22,129 bases of DNA from Acholeplasma sp. (GTDB lineage Bacteria > Bacillota_I > Bacilli_A > Acholeplasmatales > UBA5453), in assembly GCA_036677365.1 (NCBI GenBank), contig JAVBWN010000004.1:1-22129 (forward strand). Reading direction: 5' to 3'. How positions within the stretch are numbered: the first letter of the stretch is position 1; every line of letters begins with the position of its first letter. Below are positions 19,089 to 22,129 of the stretch, in pieces. A program made the translations under genes and the position numbers. The notes below the pieces were generated by a model. It worked only from the letters and a program-made list of their open reading frames with translations, searched no databases and was not told the origin of the DNA.

Positions 19089-20658
19089 AGTCCATATCCA
19101 CATCAAAGTTTTCAAGTAATGATTTCTTCTCTGCTTTCGCATCCCCGTGTTTGACAAACAACATCGTGATGAAGGAGAAAATGACGAAAATGGTTGCGTA
19201 AGGGAACAAAATCTTTCGACCAAAGTCTGGGATATCCATGAGGAAACCCGAAAGGATTGGGGTCAAGATTTGTGCTGCCATACTAAATGTATAATAGTAA
19301 CCCGTGTATTTACCCACATCGGAACCTTTAGAAAGTTCTACAACCATAGGGTATGAGTTGACGTTGATCGACGCCCAGGCAATCCCGGTGAGACCTAAGA
19401 CGACATATAATAAAATACCTGTGGATTCTGTGATGAAATAAACCGAACCAAAACATAGGGTTAATAACGCTACCCCAAATAGAATGGTCTTTTTTCTGCC
19501 CCATTTGGTCGATAATATGCCAATAGGAATGAACCCAACAATCGCCGTCGCTTGTGCGATTAAAAGTGGGGTGGAATAACCCATATTGAGGACTTTTGGA
19601 GCATAATCCGATAGTTTCGTGGTCACGGCGTTGTAGCCCATGAACCAAAGGAACACAGACGCGAGGATTAAAATCAGTGACATGAACTTGTCTTTGCTGA
19701 TCTTATCGTGGTTTTCGGTTTCTTCTTCATCGACGATGTTATTCGCTTTTTCGAAATCGATGCGTTCTTGAACCAATTTAGGTTCATTGACTTTCCATAA
19801 GAAAATACCAAGGACAACCAACATGATGATCGATACTGAAACAAAGGCGGCGGTGTAGTTGACAAAGGAGTGTTGATCTAAGCCAAACACGGTGAGTAAA
19901 ATGATCGCAGTGATACCCCCAAATGCACCCATCAGGTTGATTAAGGCATTGCCTTTACTTCTTAAGACTTTGGTCGTCACATCGGGCATCAAAGCAACCG
20001 CTGGTGATCTAAATGTGGACATCGCGACCAATGTAAAGAACAACATCACGATGAATACAATAAAGACCGTTGGTGAGGCTAACGTGACTTCTAAGGCTTG
20101 TGCGGATAAATATCTGTAATACGCGTCTTTCGCATCATTATAATCGGCTAAAGACAACGTATCGGTTTCTTCATAAATACGGTCGGTGGTGTTTTTGTGA
20201 ACTGCATCCAAAATGCCAACGATATAAACCGATTCACTGTGGGCATTCATCGTGGTGGATACGGTTCGCCACTCGGCTACTGTGAGGTCTTCTGTAAATC
20301 CAGCCGCGTTATCATAATCTGCTCTAAGCGTGGTTTCTGCATCTAACTTTTCGAGTTGCATCGCATCAAAGAATGATAACCCCACAAATAGGAAGGCTGC
20401 GAGTAAAGTACCGACAACCACATATGGGGTACGTCTACCTTTTTTGTGGTTAGTACGGTCTGATAAGCCACCAAACAGTGGTAACAAGAATAAGGCTAAA
20501 ATGTTATCGAGCGCCATCACGAATCCACTCCACGTTTGATTTAGACCAAACTTGTCGATCAAAATCTTCGTGATGATGGCGTCGTAGGTTTGCCAGAACA
20601 ACGAGATAATTAAAAATGCCAATCCAACGTAAATCGTCTTTTTATAATCGAGTTTCAT
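19087..20658 (-). CDS. MFS sugar transporter, GPH/MalA (maltose/sucrose-type)-like, with large extracellular insertion (start likely ATG 20658)
   Basis: GGLSDRT...GRRTPY, FRSPAVALMPD...RSKGNALINLMG, NSYPMVVE...GKYTGYYY; RBS GAGGTG. Confidence 0.9.
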   Translation of the reverse strand: MKLDYKKTIYVGLAFLIISLFWQTYDAIITKILIDKFGLNQTWSGFVMALDNILALFLLPLFGGLSDRTNHKKGRRTPYVVVGTLLAAFLFVGLSFFDAMQLEKLDAETTLRADYDNAAGFTEDLTVAEWRTVSTTMNAHSESVYIVGILDAVHKNTTDRIYEETDTLSLADYNDAKDAYYRYLSAQALEVTLASPTVFIVFIVMLFFTLVAMSTFRSPAVALMPDVTTKVLRSKGNALINLMGAFGGITAIILLTVFGLDQHSFVNYTAAFVSVSIIMLVVLGIFLWKVNEPKLVQERIDFEKANNIVDEEETENHDKISKDKFMSLILILASVFLWFMGYNAVTTKLSDYAPKVLNMGYSTPLLIAQATAIVGFIPIGILSTKWGRKKTILFGVALLTLCFGSVYFITESTGILLYVVLGLTGIAWASINVNSYPMVVELSKGSDVGKYTGYYYTFSMAAQILTPILSGFLMDIPDFGRKILFPYATIFVIFSFITMLFVKHGDAKAEKKSLLENFDVDMD

Positions 20659-20685
20659 AGACACCTCTTCTATTGCTTTTCTTTT

Positions 20686-20738
20686 ATTTTAGCACGACTT
20701 TTTGTTTTTGTGTTTTATATTCATAAACATGATATAAT
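20686..20738. promoter_or_regulatory. Divergent extended -10 promoters (MFS and methyltransferase)
   Basis: Minus-strand TGCTAAAAT (20694-20686) and plus-strand TGATATAAT (20730-20738). Confidence 0.6.
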
Positions 20739-20765
20739 TCTAAATGTAAAAAAGAGGTAATCCCC

Positions 20766-21944
20766 ATGAATCCATGTAAAATTTATTTAAAAAAAGGCGA
20801 AGAACAGCGCATCCAAGAAGGTCACCCTTGGGTCTTCTCCAATGAAATCGACCACATCGTTGGTTTCATCAAATCGGGTGAAATCGCGTATGTCTACGCC
20901 CACGATCAAACTTTTCTAGGAAAAGGCTATTTAAACACAAATTCGAAGATTTTTGTTCGCTTATTAAGCCGCGATGATATTGAAATTGATGAGGCTTTTT
21001 TCACTGCTAAAATAGCTAAAGCCAAACAATCGAGAGAAGATTTGGGCTATAACAATAGTTACCGTGCCTTTTTTGGTGAATCCGATGGTATCCCTGGGTT
21101 GATTGTCGATAAATATGGCGATTATCTATCGATTCAAATCCTATCTTTAGGCATCGATCAAAGAAAAGACATGTTCATTCAAATTTTAGTGTCAATTTTC
21201 AATCCAAAAGGCATTCTTGAACGTTCCGATGTTTCGGTTAGAACCAAAGAAGGGTTAGAACCCTTTAAAGGTGTTATCTACGGACAAGTGCCTGAAAAAG
21301 TCCTCATTAAAGAAAATGAATTGACAATGGCCGTGGATTTAATGAACGGCCAAAAAACAGGTTTTTTCTTGGATCAACAAGATAACCATAACGCAGTCAA
21401 ACCGTACGTTAAAGATAAGATTGTACTGGACTGCTTCTCCAATATCGGCGGATTCGGATTACACGCCGCATATCATGGTGCAAAAAAAGTCACTTGTGTC
21501 GATATTTCTGCTTTGGCAGTATCGGACATATTGAATAACGCGAAACTCAATGGTTTAGATCAAGTTGAAGCGATTGAAAAAGACGTATTTGATCAATTGC
21601 GTACTTATCAAAAAGAGGGTAAAACCTTTGATACAATCATCTTAGACCCACCTGCTTTTGCGAAAAATAAAGACGCCATCAAACGCGCCTATCAAGGGTA
21701 CAAGGACATCAACTTGCAAGCGATGAAAATCATTGAAGATGGTGGTTATTTGTATACCTGTAGCTGCAGCCATTATATGACAATCGAGCTATTCTTACAG
21801 ATGTTACAAGACGCTGCGAGGGATGCGAAAAAGAAAGTTCAAATGGTTGAAATGCGCATTCAATCGAAAGACCACCCAGCGTTATTGGGGTCCGATGAAT
21901 CTTTATATTTGAAATGCGTTATCCTTCGTGTGATAAACGCTTAA
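20766..21944 (+). CDS. rlmI: Class I SAM-dependent rRNA methyltransferase, RlmI-like (23S m5C1962 family)
   Basis: PUA-like GHPWVFSNE, GESDGIPGLIVDKY, GQKTGFFLDQ, LDCFSNIGGF, ILDPPAF, TCSCS, DHP...YLK. Confidence 0.85.
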   Translation: MNPCKIYLKKGEEQRIQEGHPWVFSNEIDHIVGFIKSGEIAYVYAHDQTFLGKGYLNTNSKIFVRLLSRDDIEIDEAFFTAKIAKAKQSREDLGYNNSYRAFFGESDGIPGLIVDKYGDYLSIQILSLGIDQRKDMFIQILVSIFNPKGILERSDVSVRTKEGLEPFKGVIYGQVPEKVLIKENELTMAVDLMNGQKTGFFLDQQDNHNAVKPYVKDKIVLDCFSNIGGFGLHAAYHGAKKVTCVDISALAVSDILNNAKLNGLDQVEAIEKDVFDQLRTYQKEGKTFDTIILDPPAFAKNKDAIKRAYQGYKDINLQAMKIIEDGGYLYTCSCSHYMTIELFLQMLQDAARDAKKKVQMVEMRIQSKDHPALLGSDESLYLKCVILRVINA

Positions 21945-21971
21945 AAAAATAACCCAGCGATGGGTTATTTT
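21943..21971. terminator. Bidirectional intrinsic terminator
   Basis: AAAATAACCCA-GCGA-TGGGTTATTTT, with A/T runs on both sides. Confidence 0.88.
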
Positions 21972-21987
21972 GTTATCATATCGATTT

Positions 21988-22111
21988 GTTCTGAGGTTAG
22001 ATCTGGTGTGAACTACCCACCACTTAAATAGAAGTGGGGGCTTCCTATCCAAACCAGTCTTCACCAGTGACTCAATAGGCTATCCCCGTAGTCCCTACGG
22101 TTCTTATTTGT
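21988..22111 (-). ncRNA. Putative TnpB omegaRNA (reRNA): scaffold plus about 20-nt guide
   Basis: Hairpins CCGUAG-GGA-CUACGG, CCUAU...AUAGG (inner AGUC/GACU) and GCCC-CCACUU/AAGUGG-U-GGGU, then UUCAC. Predicted guide ACCAGAUCUAACCUCAGAAC (22007-21988). The 5' boundary is approximate. Confidence 0.7.
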
Positions 22112-22129
22112 TTATAACTGAAAAGCTAA
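22008..22129 (-). mobile_element. Right end of an IS200/IS605-family (tnpB-type) element, truncated by the window edge
   Basis: Minus strand ends ...GGAAGCCCCCACTTCTATTTAAGTGGTGGGTAGTTCAC: subterminal hairpin plus TCAC terminus. An upstream frame ends LAFQL* (TAA 22114-22112), possibly the tnpB C-terminus. Confidence 0.8.

Noticed and set aside
22008..22129. IStron (group I intron-IS605 chimera) explanation for insertion in a gene
   Set aside because: The element ends in TCAC rather than the terminal G needed for group I splicing, and no intron core is visible in the window.

Overview
Low-GC chromosomal window using the standard code (TGA is a stop, Trp is TGG), with strong GGAGG-type RBSs and TGnTAnAAT promoters. 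Gene content and style suggest an Acholeplasmataceae-like Mollicute or related Bacillota (inference). Left to right: acpP; a probable decayed CxxC/membrane gene remnant; a coupled minus-strand operon TetR-GH3 beta-glucosidase-esterase-HMA protein, divergent from an MMPL/RND transporter; an atypical Fpg/Nei-fold protein lacking the catalytic Pro; a small lipobox membrane protein; a complete F1Fo operon (atpZ-I-B-E-F-H-A-G-D-C) whose c subunit carries the Na+-binding signature; a U32/RlhA-type hydroxylase; a GDPD; a membrane hypothetical; a GPH-type MFS sugar transporter with a large insertion; and an RlmI-like methyltransferase. At the right edge lies the right end of an IS200/IS605-type element: a TnpB omegaRNA-like scaffold ending in TCAC, whose predicted guide reads as the tail of an interrupted host gene. 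The most promising leads are this omegaRNA/guide locus, the MMPL-GH3-esterase-HMA module, the Pro-less Fpg variant and the Na+ c-ring with an extra Asp.
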